This document shows positions 38,849 to 49,077 of a stretch of DNA of 64,000 nucleotides, one piece after another. Where the stretch lies: positions 1 through 64,000 of the IMG/VR virus record IMGVR_UViG_3300035670_000154. One strand, 5' to 3'. The notes below the pieces were generated by a model. It searched no databases and was not told the origin of the DNA. It saw only the letters and a program-made list of their open reading frames with translations. Within the stretch, counting starts at the first letter, position 1, and each line of letters starts with the position of its first letter. The position numbers and the translations under genes were made by a program. The DNA is from a virus.

Positions 38849-39553
38849 ATGTCAAAAATTACTTTGCCAAGAGCCACGTGGCTTTGCGTAAATCCTGGGG
38901 CTGCTTATGCGTCAGGTGTTGAAATAACGATCAATGTAGGAAAAACAACTGCAAACTTACGCTACGAATTTAAAGATAGCGATACGACTGCCCCCACATC
39001 TATTAATGACATTTCAGAGCCAGTTCAATCACTTTCAGTTAAAGCCGTTGATGGAAAAGGCTTTTTATGGCTAATTTCTCAAAGCGTTGATGTTGATGTT
39101 CAGATTGAGACAATAACCCCTGCAACGTCTGTTGTGTCAGTTCCGTCTAATTTGGCAAAAGAAACGAAACAAGATGATCAAATTACAGAGCTGCAATTAT
39201 CTAACGAACTAGCTTATCGAGAGGCTACTAAAACGTATACGACACTTAAAACTTGGGCGCAGTACAAGGTAGTTGATATTACAGGCTGGTCTGTTGGTGT
39301 TGTTGTTGGTGATTTTGTTTATAAAGAAATCGACAAAATAACAAACTCGCTTCAATGGATAAAATCAGACGGAGTAACGACGATATCCGCACCTCCAAAC
39401 GAGGATGTGAATGTTGATCAGCTAACTGGTGATCGCGAGATTAGCGTAGTTTATTCATCGGTGTTTGGAGCCGTTTCAAAAACCCGAACTCCGACTATTA
39501 AAAATGGAATTTACAATTTTGGAACTGTTGAAACAGAAGGTGAATGGGTATGA
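38849..39553 (+). CDS. hypothetical tail-associated protein
   Basis: LAKETKQDDQITEL coiled segment; position. Confidence 0.5.
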   Translation: MSKITLPRATWLCVNPGAAYASGVEITINVGKTTANLRYEFKDSDTTAPTSINDISEPVQSLSVKAVDGKGFLWLISQSVDVDVQIETITPATSVVSVPSNLAKETKQDDQITELQLSNELAYREATKTYTTLKTWAQYKVVDITGWSVGVVVGDFVYKEIDKITNSLQWIKSDGVTTISAPPNEDVNVDQLTGDREISVVYSSVFGAVSKTRTPTIKNGIYNFGTVETEGEWV

Positions 39554-42500
39554 CAATAGATAAAGAAGCTAGGTCTAAAGCCGATGATGCATTAGTTGTT
39601 GCAAACAAAGCAAAAAAAGGTATTAAAGATAGGCAAGTAAAAAACATTTCAGTGGCATCTCAATCTGCTATGCTTGCTTTAACAGATGTTTCGCCAGGGC
39701 AGATCGTTATAAGAGAAGATGACGGCTATTACAATTATCTATTAAAATCACTTCCGGCGTCAAATTTATCAAATTGGCAGCCGATGGGGAAAGACGCTCC
39801 ACCAATTGGCGAAACCGTTGAAGATATTATCACAACAAATGAAGTTATAACATCTAAGGCAGACGGATTGTATGCTTTTACAGGAACACCAAACGGTGGG
39901 TTTCCTGCGGGCGTTACGCAAGGCGATATTGCACAAAAAACAGGAAGCGTATGGACTGTTGTTTATACATTTATTAATGCTCCTGCAAGCATTTATGCAA
40001 AAAGTGATGGGCAAACATACGACAAAAAAGTTAATAGTAGCAATGTAAATAATTGGGTTGCAAAACCAAAGCCAGCATATTATGAAATTGGTTCTAATAA
40101 AGAATTTCCTATAATTAACAATTCCTTTGCACAGTTTATAACGGACGTAGTATCTGTTGGCGTAGGTCAGCTGTATGATTCTGAATTTAATCAGCGTGTT
40201 ATATTTCCTGCAAACGCACAAAACTTTTTACTAAAAGGGGAGGGGTACGTAACTCGTAATAACAATATAGTTAATAATATTGAAATATTAGGGCATAGAT
40301 TTACACTTCAAAAATGCCAACCAACTTGTGATGTTTCGTTGGCAAATGTTTCAAAAACTGTTACGACAACATTAAATTCCAAAACGATTGTAATAACTGG
40401 GGCTGGGCAAACAACATCAGGGCTTGTGAAATATCAAAAAATCACAGGTACAGGAATACCAGCAATGTCTTATATTGACACAATTATTGACTCCACTACT
40501 TTTACAATTAGCCAAAATGCTACTGCTAACGGCACAAACATAACAACAACTATTCAACCAAAAGCACCCGTTGTTATTGATTCAAGTGGTACAATTACCG
40601 AAGCTGGACAACCAAATATAAAAAGAGGTAAGCATTGTTTTGACGATATTAGTTTTTCAACGCCAGGTGCTTCTGCTCTTGACATTTTTGATATTGGGCA
40701 TTTTGCAGATTTTAGAAATTGTAATTTTGCTAACAAAGAAATCAATTTATATACAACATCAACAACACCGGTGTATATAACTTTTACAAATTGTCAAGCA
40801 GGTGTTATTAATATATATTCTCCGTTTATTGTTGTTACAAAAGCATATTCGCCGTCTGTTGTTTTTCAAACTATAATTAGCCAAACTGGAATTGTTGATT
40901 TTGATAAAGCAACGCCAGTGGCATATAGCCTACTAAGACAATATTCTTTGGGACAAACAGTAAGAGTTCCGCTTGGTGCAATGATAATCAACGATGATGT
41001 TGGTGGCACTTTACAAACACTAAAATGCACAACTGCTTATACAATTCCTGTGACAATAAATACTGGAACGCCAATTGATTTAACAAAATATCAAACAGGT
41101 GGTGGTGGTGGCTCATTAACAATTACATATCAAGCAAATAGTACCACATTTCCTGCTAACCCACGAACAGGCGATAAAGTGTATGTTACAAGCGACGGAA
41201 CAAGTGCTGGCATTATTGAAGAGCAGTGGGAATACAATGGCACGGATTGGATTTTAATTGAAGGTGTTTATCCCGTGTCAGGTGCAGTCGTTGACAATAC
41301 AATTGGAGACAGTGCGTTGATAACAACGCCCGGAAGATACATTGTGCCTGCAACTGGTTTATTAAATGAATTTGTTGGTCAAGCTAATAAATATGCTGAT
41401 TATGACGGTTCAATTTTTAGCTTTATTGCACCAACAAATAATGATACAGTTCAAATCAACTCTGGGCAAAATGTTGGTACAGTTTGGAAATTTACAACCG
41501 CTGGTGGGTGGGCAAAAGTAACATCAACGGCAACAACTGTGTTGGGTGCTTTAAAAACACCTCTTTTTGGAAATTTGATTGCAAATTATGCGGAGGATAA
41601 CAAAGGTCTTACCCATGCACTTGATGTTGCAATACAAAATAAAGTTATTCAGCAATTAAAAAACGGAACTATTTTTGATTTAACGCCTGGTGGTGTGCAA
41701 GGTCAGGCAATGGGAATTAGTGTAAATTGGTTTGGTCGCACAATATACAAGTTTGCAGATAATACCAATGCTTTTCCAAATGCAAATTACAACGCTTTAA
41801 TTGTTAATGTACCAGCTGGGGTAAGGTCTGTTTTTTTACAAGTTAACAACGATGTTAATGGTGGTCATCTTTGTGTGCGTGCTGATTATCTTGACGCAAA
41901 TAACGCACAAGAAGAACACTTAGGTTATTTTGTTCAACAAAAAGACAAACAGCAATTTGTAAGACCGTTTGCCAATAATTTTAGAAATAATGCAGGATTT
42001 CATACTTGGTTAATGATACCTGTGCATAAAGCAGGGAAGTTGGCGATTAGTTTGGCAACCGTGCTTTCACAAGCTGATTTATGGGTAGGAGCAATTGCAT
42101 TTTCAGACAATGCTCATAATTTTATGTACGAGCCTGCATTAAGCTACCACTGGGTCGTTAATAAGCAAAATGATTTAACTACAAGTGCACAATTTGGGGG
42201 AAATAACAATATTATTTGGTATAATGCTAACCCTTGGACAGACGGGGCTAATATTGTCAGAGCTACATTGCAATTCCCAATAGCACAAAGAGCTTGGGCA
42301 AGAGTTCGCGTTGTAAAACCTTCTGACGGTCAAGACATTATTTTACATTACACTTCTTGGGATAAGTCTTCTGCTTTACCCGAAGTTTGGCGTATAAGAA
42401 AAAGAGACGGAACTTATGTAACTGTTGCGAGCGGTAGTCAAGCATCTCCTAACTTTGATGTGCAATCAAGTTTATGGACTCATCAACTTGCGAGTGTGTC

Positions 42501-42945
42501 TGCATCAATTTCAACATACATTCAAAGTTATCATTTAAAAATACCTTTTGCAATTTGGAAAGATTGCATTCAGGTACCAACAATTGACTCACCAAAGCTT
42601 GACTTTCTCAATCAAGGAGCAAATTTGACAATTACAAATGCACAAGCAAATGCAAACCAATGTTTTCACATTTCATTTACAGCCACAGGAAGAGCGGTAA
42701 CTATTCAAGCCCCAACAAATGCAACAAGGTTTTATACAGTATATAACAGAGGTGCGAATGCTTTTACTTTTGCTGGAATAAATATACCCGCAAACAGTTT
42801 TGTGAATTTGTTATATAACTCAACCACTGCAACATGGAGTGTGCCAACCCAGCAAGAATGTTTCCTTGATTTTGAGTTTTGGTCTTATGCGGTTGGGGAT
42901 AGGTATTTTTTACACATAGCAACATCATCATCATCAATTTTTTAA
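39544..42945 (+). CDS. large mosaic tail fibre / adhesin
   Basis: 1133 aa, Thr/Asn-rich; VASQSAMLAL...GQIVIRED, DUF2793-like GRYIVPATG..FVGQANKYA.YDG, GTGIP..T.I module. Confidence 0.7.
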   Translation: MGMTIDKEARSKADDALVVANKAKKGIKDRQVKNISVASQSAMLALTDVSPGQIVIREDDGYYNYLLKSLPASNLSNWQPMGKDAPPIGETVEDIITTNEVITSKADGLYAFTGTPNGGFPAGVTQGDIAQKTGSVWTVVYTFINAPASIYAKSDGQTYDKKVNSSNVNNWVAKPKPAYYEIGSNKEFPIINNSFAQFITDVVSVGVGQLYDSEFNQRVIFPANAQNFLLKGEGYVTRNNNIVNNIEILGHRFTLQKCQPTCDVSLANVSKTVTTTLNSKTIVITGAGQTTSGLVKYQKITGTGIPAMSYIDTIIDSTTFTISQNATANGTNITTTIQPKAPVVIDSSGTITEAGQPNIKRGKHCFDDISFSTPGASALDIFDIGHFADFRNCNFANKEINLYTTSTTPVYITFTNCQAGVINIYSPFIVVTKAYSPSVVFQTIISQTGIVDFDKATPVAYSLLRQYSLGQTVRVPLGAMIINDDVGGTLQTLKCTTAYTIPVTINTGTPIDLTKYQTGGGGGSLTITYQANSTTFPANPRTGDKVYVTSDGTSAGIIEEQWEYNGTDWILIEGVYPVSGAVVDNTIGDSALITTPGRYIVPATGLLNEFVGQANKYADYDGSIFSFIAPTNNDTVQINSGQNVGTVWKFTTAGGWAKVTSTATTVLGALKTPLFGNLIANYAEDNKGLTHALDVAIQNKVIQQLKNGTIFDLTPGGVQGQAMGISVNWFGRTIYKFADNTNAFPNANYNALIVNVPAGVRSVFLQVNNDVNGGHLCVRADYLDANNAQEEHLGYFVQQKDKQQFVRPFANNFRNNAGFHTWLMIPVHKAGKLAISLATVLSQADLWVGAIAFSDNAHNFMYEPALSYHWVVNKQNDLTTSAQFGGNNNIIWYNANPWTDGANIVRATLQFPIAQRAWARVRVVKPSDGQDIILHYTSWDKSSALPEVWRIRKRDGTYVTVASGSQASPNFDVQSSLWTHQLASVSASISTYIQSYHLKIPFAIWKDCIQVPTIDSPKLDFLNQGANLTITNAQANANQCFHISFTATGRAVTIQAPTNATRFYTVYNRGANAFTFAGINIPANSFVNLLYNSTTATWSVPTQQECFLDFEFWSYAVGDRYFLHIATSSSSIF

Positions 42946-42951
42946 TGCTTT

Positions 42952-43935
42952 ATGAAAATATATTTTAAAAACAATTGGGAACTTATTTTTGCGTTTTCAA
43001 AGCCAAAGGAGTGCATTGAGGTTGATTATAATTATTCCCGCTACGGCTCACATACTGATGATTTTATGCCAGATAGTGGCAAAACAACAAATTTAATTTT
43101 GATAAATGGCAAATTGTGTGTTGTATTTGCAAATGAAGTTTTGGATAACACTACCAAAGAAATACTTTCGCAAGCGCTTCAAGAAAATGAATGTCAAGCA
43201 GTGCAATCAACAGAAATTCACTTGACTGAAAATTATTTGCCTGATTATGCAGAAGACATTACACAATTGCCAGAATATACTGACGGCAGAACTGCTGGAA
43301 TTTATAACAGAGATGGAAGGGTTTTTGAAATTATTGCAAATGCAGAAGTTTATGTAAACCTTGAATTTAATTATGATATTGCAAACGAAATTCAACAAAA
43401 GCGTGAGCAATTAAAAAAGGATTTTGAAAATAATAAAGTGTATGTTATTGAAAATGGTGTGACAATGACAATTGACAATAATTCCAAAGCTCCAAATGGA
43501 GAAACCAGCAAACAAATTTTTGATAAATTATTAGAAGAAGCGTTAAATGTTAAACCTGCTACAAATGATTTATCTGTAAAAATATATCAACAAAAACAAG
43601 GAGTAAGTATTTACAGACTTTCGGCAATTAACACGATTTTAAGACAAATAAACGAAGATTTGTTTCATATTGTTCAAAATGATGTTAAGTTTTCAATTCG
43701 TCAAGTCAATAAGTGTCGTTATGATGAGATTGACAATAAATTAAGTAAAGCGAAAACACTTGCAGAATTGGAAAGTATTACTTGGTCTTTTATTCCATTT
43801 CCAAAAATTAAAGTTGATGAAATGGCAGTTGCATTACTTGCAAACCCAGAAATTAGTGAAATTGTAAAAGACAAAATAAGAGAAAGGGAATTTCCTGTTG
43901 GAAGTGGGCATTTTAAATTAATTGAAAAATTGTGA
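42952..43935 (+). CDS. putative tail fibre assembly-related protein
   Basis: Follows fibre; C-terminal KAKTLAELESITW resembles DUF4376-like chaperone ends. Confidence 0.45.
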   Translation: MKIYFKNNWELIFAFSKPKECIEVDYNYSRYGSHTDDFMPDSGKTTNLILINGKLCVVFANEVLDNTTKEILSQALQENECQAVQSTEIHLTENYLPDYAEDITQLPEYTDGRTAGIYNRDGRVFEIIANAEVYVNLEFNYDIANEIQQKREQLKKDFENNKVYVIENGVTMTIDNNSKAPNGETSKQIFDKLLEEALNVKPATNDLSVKIYQQKQGVSIYRLSAINTILRQINEDLFHIVQNDVKFSIRQVNKCRYDEIDNKLSKAKTLAELESITWSFIPFPKIKVDEMAVALLANPEISEIVKDKIREREFPVGSGHFKLIEKL

Positions 43936-44044
43936 AAAACATTATTTTACAAGCAATTTTACTTGTTGCACCACCGTTAATAGAAGAACGTAGAGGGCAA
44001 GATGGTTTTATTCGTTTGTTTTATAGTTATTAAATAAGGAAAAT

Positions 44045-44527
44045 ATGAAAAAAATACTAGCAATTTTAGCGATTTTAGCTTTTTCACAAGCAAAGGCTGA
44101 TCAATCAAATCCGGTTATTTATGGTATTGGTGTTGAAACCACATATATCGAAGGTGTACAATTTAATAAGTGTGAACGTTTGCGTGTTGGTGCCATGACG
44201 AATGGTTGGACATTATCAACAACATACGTACCTTTTAATAACGAATGTGAAGGTATTAAGAATGGTTATAAATTTAAATCTGATCAGAAGTCTATTACTT
44301 TAGGTAGGATGCTTTATCAATCTTGCGGCGGTAGGTTTTGCAAACAAGCGGGTTTTAGCGTTAGTGATGTTAGAGATAAGCCACTTAACGATCACTTCAC
44401 TCAATGGCATGTAGTAGGAAGTGCATTGGATACAAGAACAGGTTTAGCTGTGTTTGTTTCTCTTGGGGAAAAGCAAGGTGCTTTTACTAGCACATTAGGC
44501 GTTTATTACACATTTGGAGATAAATAA
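44045..44527 (+). CDS. secreted / putative outer-membrane beta-barrel protein
   Basis: Signal peptide MKKILAILAILAFSQAKA; terminal GVYYTF strand. Confidence 0.5.
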   Translation: MKKILAILAILAFSQAKADQSNPVIYGIGVETTYIEGVQFNKCERLRVGAMTNGWTLSTTYVPFNNECEGIKNGYKFKSDQKSITLGRMLYQSCGGRFCKQAGFSVSDVRDKPLNDHFTQWHVVGSALDTRTGLAVFVSLGEKQGAFTSTLGVYYTFGDK

Positions 44528-44531
44528 TATT

Positions 44532-44855
44532 ATGAAAAAAATAATGATTAGCCAACCGATGCGTGGTTTAACAGAATTTCAAATTCTTGAAGCAAAAAAT
44601 AAGTTTTTAGAATTTGCGAAAAAAGAAGGATTAGAAGCGGTAAACAGCTATTTTAATGATGAATGGAATTCAAAAGAATCCATGTCTAAAAGAGGGGTTG
44701 TTAATATTCCTATGTGTTTTCTAGCAAAATCAATTGAAATGATGAGCCTTTGTGATAAGGTTTATTTTGCAAAAGGGTGGGAAAATGCCAGAGGGTGTAA
44801 GATTGAACATGAGGTAGCGATAGCCTATGGAATGGAAATTATTTACGATGCATAA
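44532..44855 (+). CDS. DUF4406 / nucleoside deoxyribosyltransferase-like protein
   Basis: ISQPMRG...CDKVYFAKGWENARGCKIEHEVA. Confidence 0.8.
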   Translation: MKKIMISQPMRGLTEFQILEAKNKFLEFAKKEGLEAVNSYFNDEWNSKESMSKRGVVNIPMCFLAKSIEMMSLCDKVYFAKGWENARGCKIEHEVAIAYGMEIIYDA

Positions 44856-45375
44856 CGTGCTAAAACCAGGCGATTTTGTATTTTTTTGGCATAAGCCTTG
44901 GTACATGCTTTTTGGGCGCGCAATTCAGTGGATAACCGACGGTGCGGCACACGTTGCTGTTGTGCATCGCGTCGAAGGTGATACGATTTATTTGGCGGAA
45001 TCTAAGGTGGTTGGTGGGGTTCAAATAAACCACTACACGCGATCTTATTTTTCAAATAAGAAAAAGATTGATTTTCTGGTTATGCGCCCGCCTGCCAAAT
45101 TCAAATATGACGAAGCAAAAACAAACAAGCTAATTGCCTTCAAATCAGCAAAAGAACGCGATTACGGTTTTATGAATATGCTGCGTGAAGTTGAGTTTGT
45201 TGACCGACTGTTTAGGCTTTTCGGAATTAAGAGAAGCCGTGAGCAGTATTGCTCTACTTTTGCAGACGAGATTGGTGAGGTGCAGGGATTTTACGATCCA
45301 GACAATATCTATCGTTCGCCAAAAGAGCTTTATGACAAATTAATCGCGCTGGGGTGGGAATGCGTAAGTATTTAA
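44848..45375 (+). CDS. permuted papain-like (YiiX/YebB-type NlpC/P60) enzyme
   Basis: LKPGDFVFF, AHVAV (His), YCSTF (Cys), SPKEL. Confidence 0.75.
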   Translation: MHNVLKPGDFVFFWHKPWYMLFGRAIQWITDGAAHVAVVHRVEGDTIYLAESKVVGGVQINHYTRSYFSNKKKIDFLVMRPPAKFKYDEAKTNKLIAFKSAKERDYGFMNMLREVEFVDRLFRLFGIKRSREQYCSTFADEIGEVQGFYDPDNIYRSPKELYDKLIALGWECVSI

Positions 45376-45719
45376 AAGGATTGTGCAATAAGCATATTTT
45401 TGCATCTAATTTTATTTTAGGCTTGGTTGGTTTGATCGTAATTCCGTTCGCAATGCCATTGCATGATGTTGTCGAGGCAGCGGTTTACTTTATAACTCGA
45501 ATCGTTGTTATGGGCGCATACATGAAATTTGTGATGGGGTTAAAACAAAAAGCCGCCTTGTGTGAGTCTTTTTGGTTTTCGATAGTTGTTTTTGGGGTTG
45601 GTTTCATAACCGTAGCTTTCGTGAACACTATTACTAATAACTTTGTCGTTGCGACTTGCATTTACACGTTTTTGAGAATAGCCTCTTACCCGTTGTGGGC
45701 TGGTAGAGAGTTTAGATAA
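45360..45719 (+). CDS. multi-pass membrane protein
   Basis: About four hydrophobic segments. Confidence 0.55.
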   Translation: MRKYLKGLCNKHIFASNFILGLVGLIVIPFAMPLHDVVEAAVYFITRIVVMGAYMKFVMGLKQKAALCESFWFSIVVFGVGFITVAFVNTITNNFVVATCIYTFLRIASYPLWAGREFR

Positions 45720-45722
45720 CTT

Positions 45723-46130
45723 ATGTTTTTGGGGTGGATAGTGGCAGGCTTAACAACAACCGTAATAGCAAGCTCGTCTGCGGGGATTTTTGGGATTGCT
45801 TTTTTAGCACCAAATAGCCCGTGGTTTTTTGTGCCTGTGTGTATTGTTTGTGCAATCATTGGAACACTTTTGCATGAGTCAAAAGAAAAGCTAACTATTG
45901 GAGAAACGCTTAAGAAGGCGACTATTAGAGCTATTTTTGGGGCACTTATTGGTGCTTGTGCTACCCAATACGATTGGGTTGGATCACACTTTTCTAACGG
46001 AGAATTTATTGTTGGAGCTTTTTTTTCATTTACAATTTCTTTATACGGGAAAAAGATGTGGGAAGCCGTTGAGCAAAAGATTTTACCTAGTATTTTTGTG
46101 TTTATAAAAAATTGGTTGGAGAGAAAATAA
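45723..46130 (+). CDS. holin-like membrane protein
   Basis: Several TM segments, charged C-terminus. Confidence 0.45.
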   Translation: MFLGWIVAGLTTTVIASSSAGIFGIAFLAPNSPWFFVPVCIVCAIIGTLLHESKEKLTIGETLKKATIRAIFGALIGACATQYDWVGSHFSNGEFIVGAFFSFTISLYGKKMWEAVEQKILPSIFVFIKNWLERK

Positions 46131-46483
46131 TGCTTAGCTTGCTTGTCATGATACCTTTTATTCACTCAGTGATCGCCTTGGTGACGCACTCTCACATGAC
46201 AAAGCGACAAGTTCGATTCAACCCGCGTTTGACATACGAGCTTGTGTCCATTTCATGGTTATTCATCGTGCTCACAGGCGCTTATTTTAGAGCTGATCAT
46301 GCGCTAATAAACACAATATTGCTTGTGTTCGTATTTTGGTTTATTAGAACCAAACAGCATAAAATAATGTGGGGGGGAATCAAAGAGTTTGTAACGTGGG
46401 CGGGAAAGTTTAAAGCAGTTTTTGGCTGCTTCATTCTATGCTCAATCCCACGTATTGCCGATGCTATCAGGGTTTTGGTTTAA
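46130..46483 (+). CDS. membrane protein
   Basis: Hydrophobic segments; GGAG RBS. Confidence 0.5.
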   Translation: MLSLLVMIPFIHSVIALVTHSHMTKRQVRFNPRLTYELVSISWLFIVLTGAYFRADHALINTILLVFVFWFIRTKQHKIMWGGIKEFVTWAGKFKAVFGCFILCSIPRIADAIRVLV

Positions 46484-46794
46484 CTTTCAACTGGAACCCA
46501 TTTTTCTACAATTTCAGTGAATTGTTTTTTCTCAACGCGAGTCAATACTTCTACCAAATCAATACCAGTATCCTCATCGCTCATAACAAATTGTTCTGTT
46601 TCCCAAAACCCGTGAAGATGTGGCTTTTCTGGTAAGTTTTCATCGTCTGCAACAACAACAGTTTTAACGAAAAAGCTGCCTCCTCTCCTATGATCTTTTT
46701 GAGACAAACAACATTCTTGTTCACGAAGCATATCAAATTCTTCATCCGTTAAGTTTCCATCACCTTTTCTAATTACATTGACTTGATTACTCAT
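46480..46794 (-). CDS. hypothetical acidic protein
   Basis: 104-aa ORF with GAGG RBS. Confidence 0.6.
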   Translation of the reverse strand: MSNQVNVIRKGDGNLTDEEFDMLREQECCLSQKDHRRGGSFFVKTVVVADDENLPEKPHLHGFWETEQFVMSDEDTGIDLVEVLTRVEKKQFTEIVEKWVPVES

Positions 46795-46858
46795 TTTTTA
46801 CCTCATTAAAAAAATACCTATGAATGGCATAGATTACCAATTATGGTTTTTGTTTAAT

Positions 46859-47014
46859 TTATAACTTTACAACTTTTGTAAAAGACCTGATTTTATCAGT
46901 GTTTTTATCAATCCACAAATTTGCATCAACTACTGATTCAAAGCCAGTTTTTAAAATAGAAACATTAAACGGCTCTCCACTTTTAAATTTATCAAATGTC
47001 AATACTATATACAT
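46859..47014 (-). CDS. hypothetical 51-aa protein (not in ORF track)
   Basis: AAGGA RBS; MYIVLTFDKFKSGEPF... Confidence 0.45.
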   Translation of the reverse strand: MYIVLTFDKFKSGEPFNVSILKTGFESVVDANLWIDKNTDKIRSFTKVVKL

Positions 47015-47082
47015 ATTTAAATCCTTTTTGACTCAAAATTAGGGTTTTTGTTTAACTCCTAATAAAAACACCAACTAGCCTT

Positions 47083-47532
47083 CTATTTAGCTTTCTGCTT
47101 TAACTCTTTTATCGCGTCTATTGTCGCATTAAGAATATCAGTATTTTTAGCCAAATCATTTTCTAATTTTTTCAGGTTGTCTTTAGCTTCTATTACAATA
47201 TTTGAAAGGTAAGAAACATTTTTCTTATGAATATCAAGAAGAGCGTAAATTTTGGAGGTATGAAAAAAATATTCTTTATCCCAAAGGTTTTTATGCAAAG
47301 CCTCTTGAGGATTGTCTTCGTCATCGTTTATTTGTCTAATAAACTTAAAGCTATCTTCATTTGTTTTTGTAATCAAAAGACGACACTTCCATCCGTGATT
47401 GCAAGATTGATCTTCAACAATATACTGTTTTCCGTATTGCGTTTCATGAACCTCAACAACTAAAAACTCATGAATCCCGCCCAGTGGAACATATCTAAAT
47501 AATTTGTCTTTTATTTTTAACGTCATAATCAT
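47083..47532 (-). CDS. hypothetical protein (paralogue of 54028-54483)
   Basis: GKQYIVEDQSCNHGWKCRLLI shared with paralogue. Confidence 0.65.
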   Translation of the reverse strand: MIMTLKIKDKLFRYVPLGGIHEFLVVEVHETQYGKQYIVEDQSCNHGWKCRLLITKTNEDSFKFIRQINDDEDNPQEALHKNLWDKEYFFHTSKIYALLDIHKKNVSYLSNIVIEAKDNLKKLENDLAKNTDILNATIDAIKELKQKAK

Positions 47533-47927
47533 ATCCTTAAAAAAACACCAACTAACTTACGTCCAATTCGTTTTCCGCTTTCCCCATTTACCATATCAAA
47601 ACTGTGTAAAAAGTCGCTAACAAACTCTTTTTTAACAAATGATCCACTAGCGATTTCAATGTGTCCATGCATTCCGCCAGAGTACACTAAAATCGAATCG
47701 GCTGGCGCATCATACTGTCTTGGATATTTATCAATCATGTTTACCCAGCCCAATTTTGGTAGGCATAACATCGCGTCAATTGCAGAGCCACCAGTTATTT
47801 TCGCGCGTTCAATACCATAACAAGCAACCATTGCATCTTTGACGTAAGCGTAGCATCGTCCAATGCTTTTTGAATGATCGCGCTTCTCTGATAAAACACG
47901 GATTTTCGCCGTTTCAAATAAACTCAT
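47529..47927 (-). CDS. putative endolysin (CHAP/NlpC-P60 cysteine amidase)
   Basis: GRCYAYVKDA (catalytic Cys), ILVY..GMHGHIEI (His), FVSDF. Confidence 0.7.
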   Translation of the reverse strand: MSLFETAKIRVLSEKRDHSKSIGRCYAYVKDAMVACYGIERAKITGGSAIDAMLCLPKLGWVNMIDKYPRQYDAPADSILVYSGGMHGHIEIASGSFVKKEFVSDFLHSFDMVNGESGKRIGRKLVGVFLRI

Positions 47928-48268
47928 TCTGCACTCCTTATTTTTTTCCATTCTGCAATAGGATCGGCAAAGCTATTCCAACCTTCATGCTCTAGGGCGG
48001 CAATTGCGCTCATTGAGTCCATGATGGTTGATCCATCAAGAAACTCAAACGAAATCACTTCGCATCCGTCTATCGGCATTGCGCCATGCTGATCGCTCAA
48101 ATACCAATCTCCATAAACATTAATACGAATCATTTTGTTTAATGGCAGCTCTTTGTTTGATTTTAGAGTAATCATCTTTTCAGAAATGTATTCTTTAAAC
48201 AATATCTCACAATCCGTTTTTGATGCCACAACTCCATCAATAAACCCTTCGCTTTCACAAAGTTTCAT
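47924..48268 (-). CDS. hypothetical protein
   Basis: 114-aa ORF whose 3' end is duplicated upstream. Confidence 0.6.
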   Translation of the reverse strand: MKLCESEGFIDGVVASKTDCEILFKEYISEKMITLKSNKELPLNKMIRINVYGDWYLSDQHGAMPIDGCEVISFEFLDGSTIMDSMSAIAALEHEGWNSFADPIAEWKKIRSAE

Positions 48269-48357
48269 TCATCACTCCTTATTTTTTTCCATTCTGCAAT
48301 AGGATCGGCAAAACTATTCCATCCTTCATGTTCTAGGGCTGCAATTGCGTTCATTGA
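47932..48357. repeat. 85-bp direct repeat (47932-48016, 48273-48357)
   Basis: 80/85 identical by manual alignment. Confidence 0.92.
48265..48354 (-). CDS. 29-aa mini-ORF duplicating C-terminus of downstream gene
   Basis: MNAIAALEHEGWNSFADPIAEWKKIRSDE with AAGGA RBS and ATGA coupling. Confidence 0.45.
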   Translation of the reverse strand: MNAIAALEHEGWNSFADPIAEWKKIRSDE

Positions 48358-48364
48358 TCAATCC

Positions 48365-48571
48365 TTATCTTTGTGGGCACGAAGAGAGTGGTTTCGATGC
48401 TCGTTCGCAAGCATCAATAACCATGTGTGTCCCGCCAACGTTATCAAAAGCTGCTGGCGGGGTGGATTTCATGCACTCTTGATAAAGTTTTGGATCAATC
48501 GCTGTTTCTGGTTCATCTATCGCACCAGAGCAACCAGCCAAAAACACAAGCAAAACAATTATTCTAATCAT
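48365..48571 (-). CDS. small lipoprotein
   Basis: Lipobox LAGC; two further Cys. Confidence 0.7.
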   Translation of the reverse strand: MIRIIVLLVFLAGCSGAIDEPETAIDPKLYQECMKSTPPAAFDNVGGTHMVIDACERASKPLSSCPQR

Positions 48572-48767
48572 TTTTACCTCTCAAATATTTTTTATCAACG
48601 CTCATGTAGCTCGATTCTCCACCATTCGCAACTTTTGCGTATTCCATGATCATCGTATGAATCGCGTCTTCTTCGTTTAATAAAGTACCGTCATCACGTT
48701 TAACTAGTCTTTCAAAAAAACCATTTGGGAAATGGGATAAAATCATTCCAACGAAATCAATCTTCAC
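48564..48767 (-). CDS. hypothetical protein
   Basis: GTG start with AGGAG RBS. Confidence 0.55.
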   Translation of the reverse strand: MKIDFVGMILSHFPNGFFERLVKRDDGTLLNEEDAIHTMIMEYAKVANGGESSYMSVDKKYLRGKND

Positions 48768-48870
48768 TTTTCACTCCTAAAATATCATCACAAAAATCTT
48801 TAACCTCTATTATCAAGATCAACTAGTCTTTTTTGGTTTTTTATCAGCTTTTTAATTTTTAAAACAAGGT

Positions 48871-49077
48871 TCATTTTTCTCTCCTTAGTTTAAATCGCCA
48901 TGTTTTAAATCGCCATGTGCCATCAGGATATATTTCAATTTTACGTTTCCTACCTTTTTTTGACTTTTTAAGGTCTAAAAACATATGTTTAGTGCTATCT
49001 GGTATTTTTAGGTCAGATAAACGAGATGATGTGATTTCTATTCCCTGTTTTATGGTATCTACGTTTTTATCAATCAT
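48871..49077 (-). CDS. hypothetical basic protein
   Basis: AGGAG RBS. Confidence 0.55.
   Translation of the reverse strand: MIDKNVDTIKQGIEITSSRLSDLKIPDSTKHMFLDLKKSKKGRKRKIEIYPDGTWRFKTWRFKLRREK

Noticed and set aside
36797-43935. Diversity-generating retroelement or invertible fibre cassette
   Set aside because: No reverse transcriptase, invertase or TR/VR repeat pair seen.
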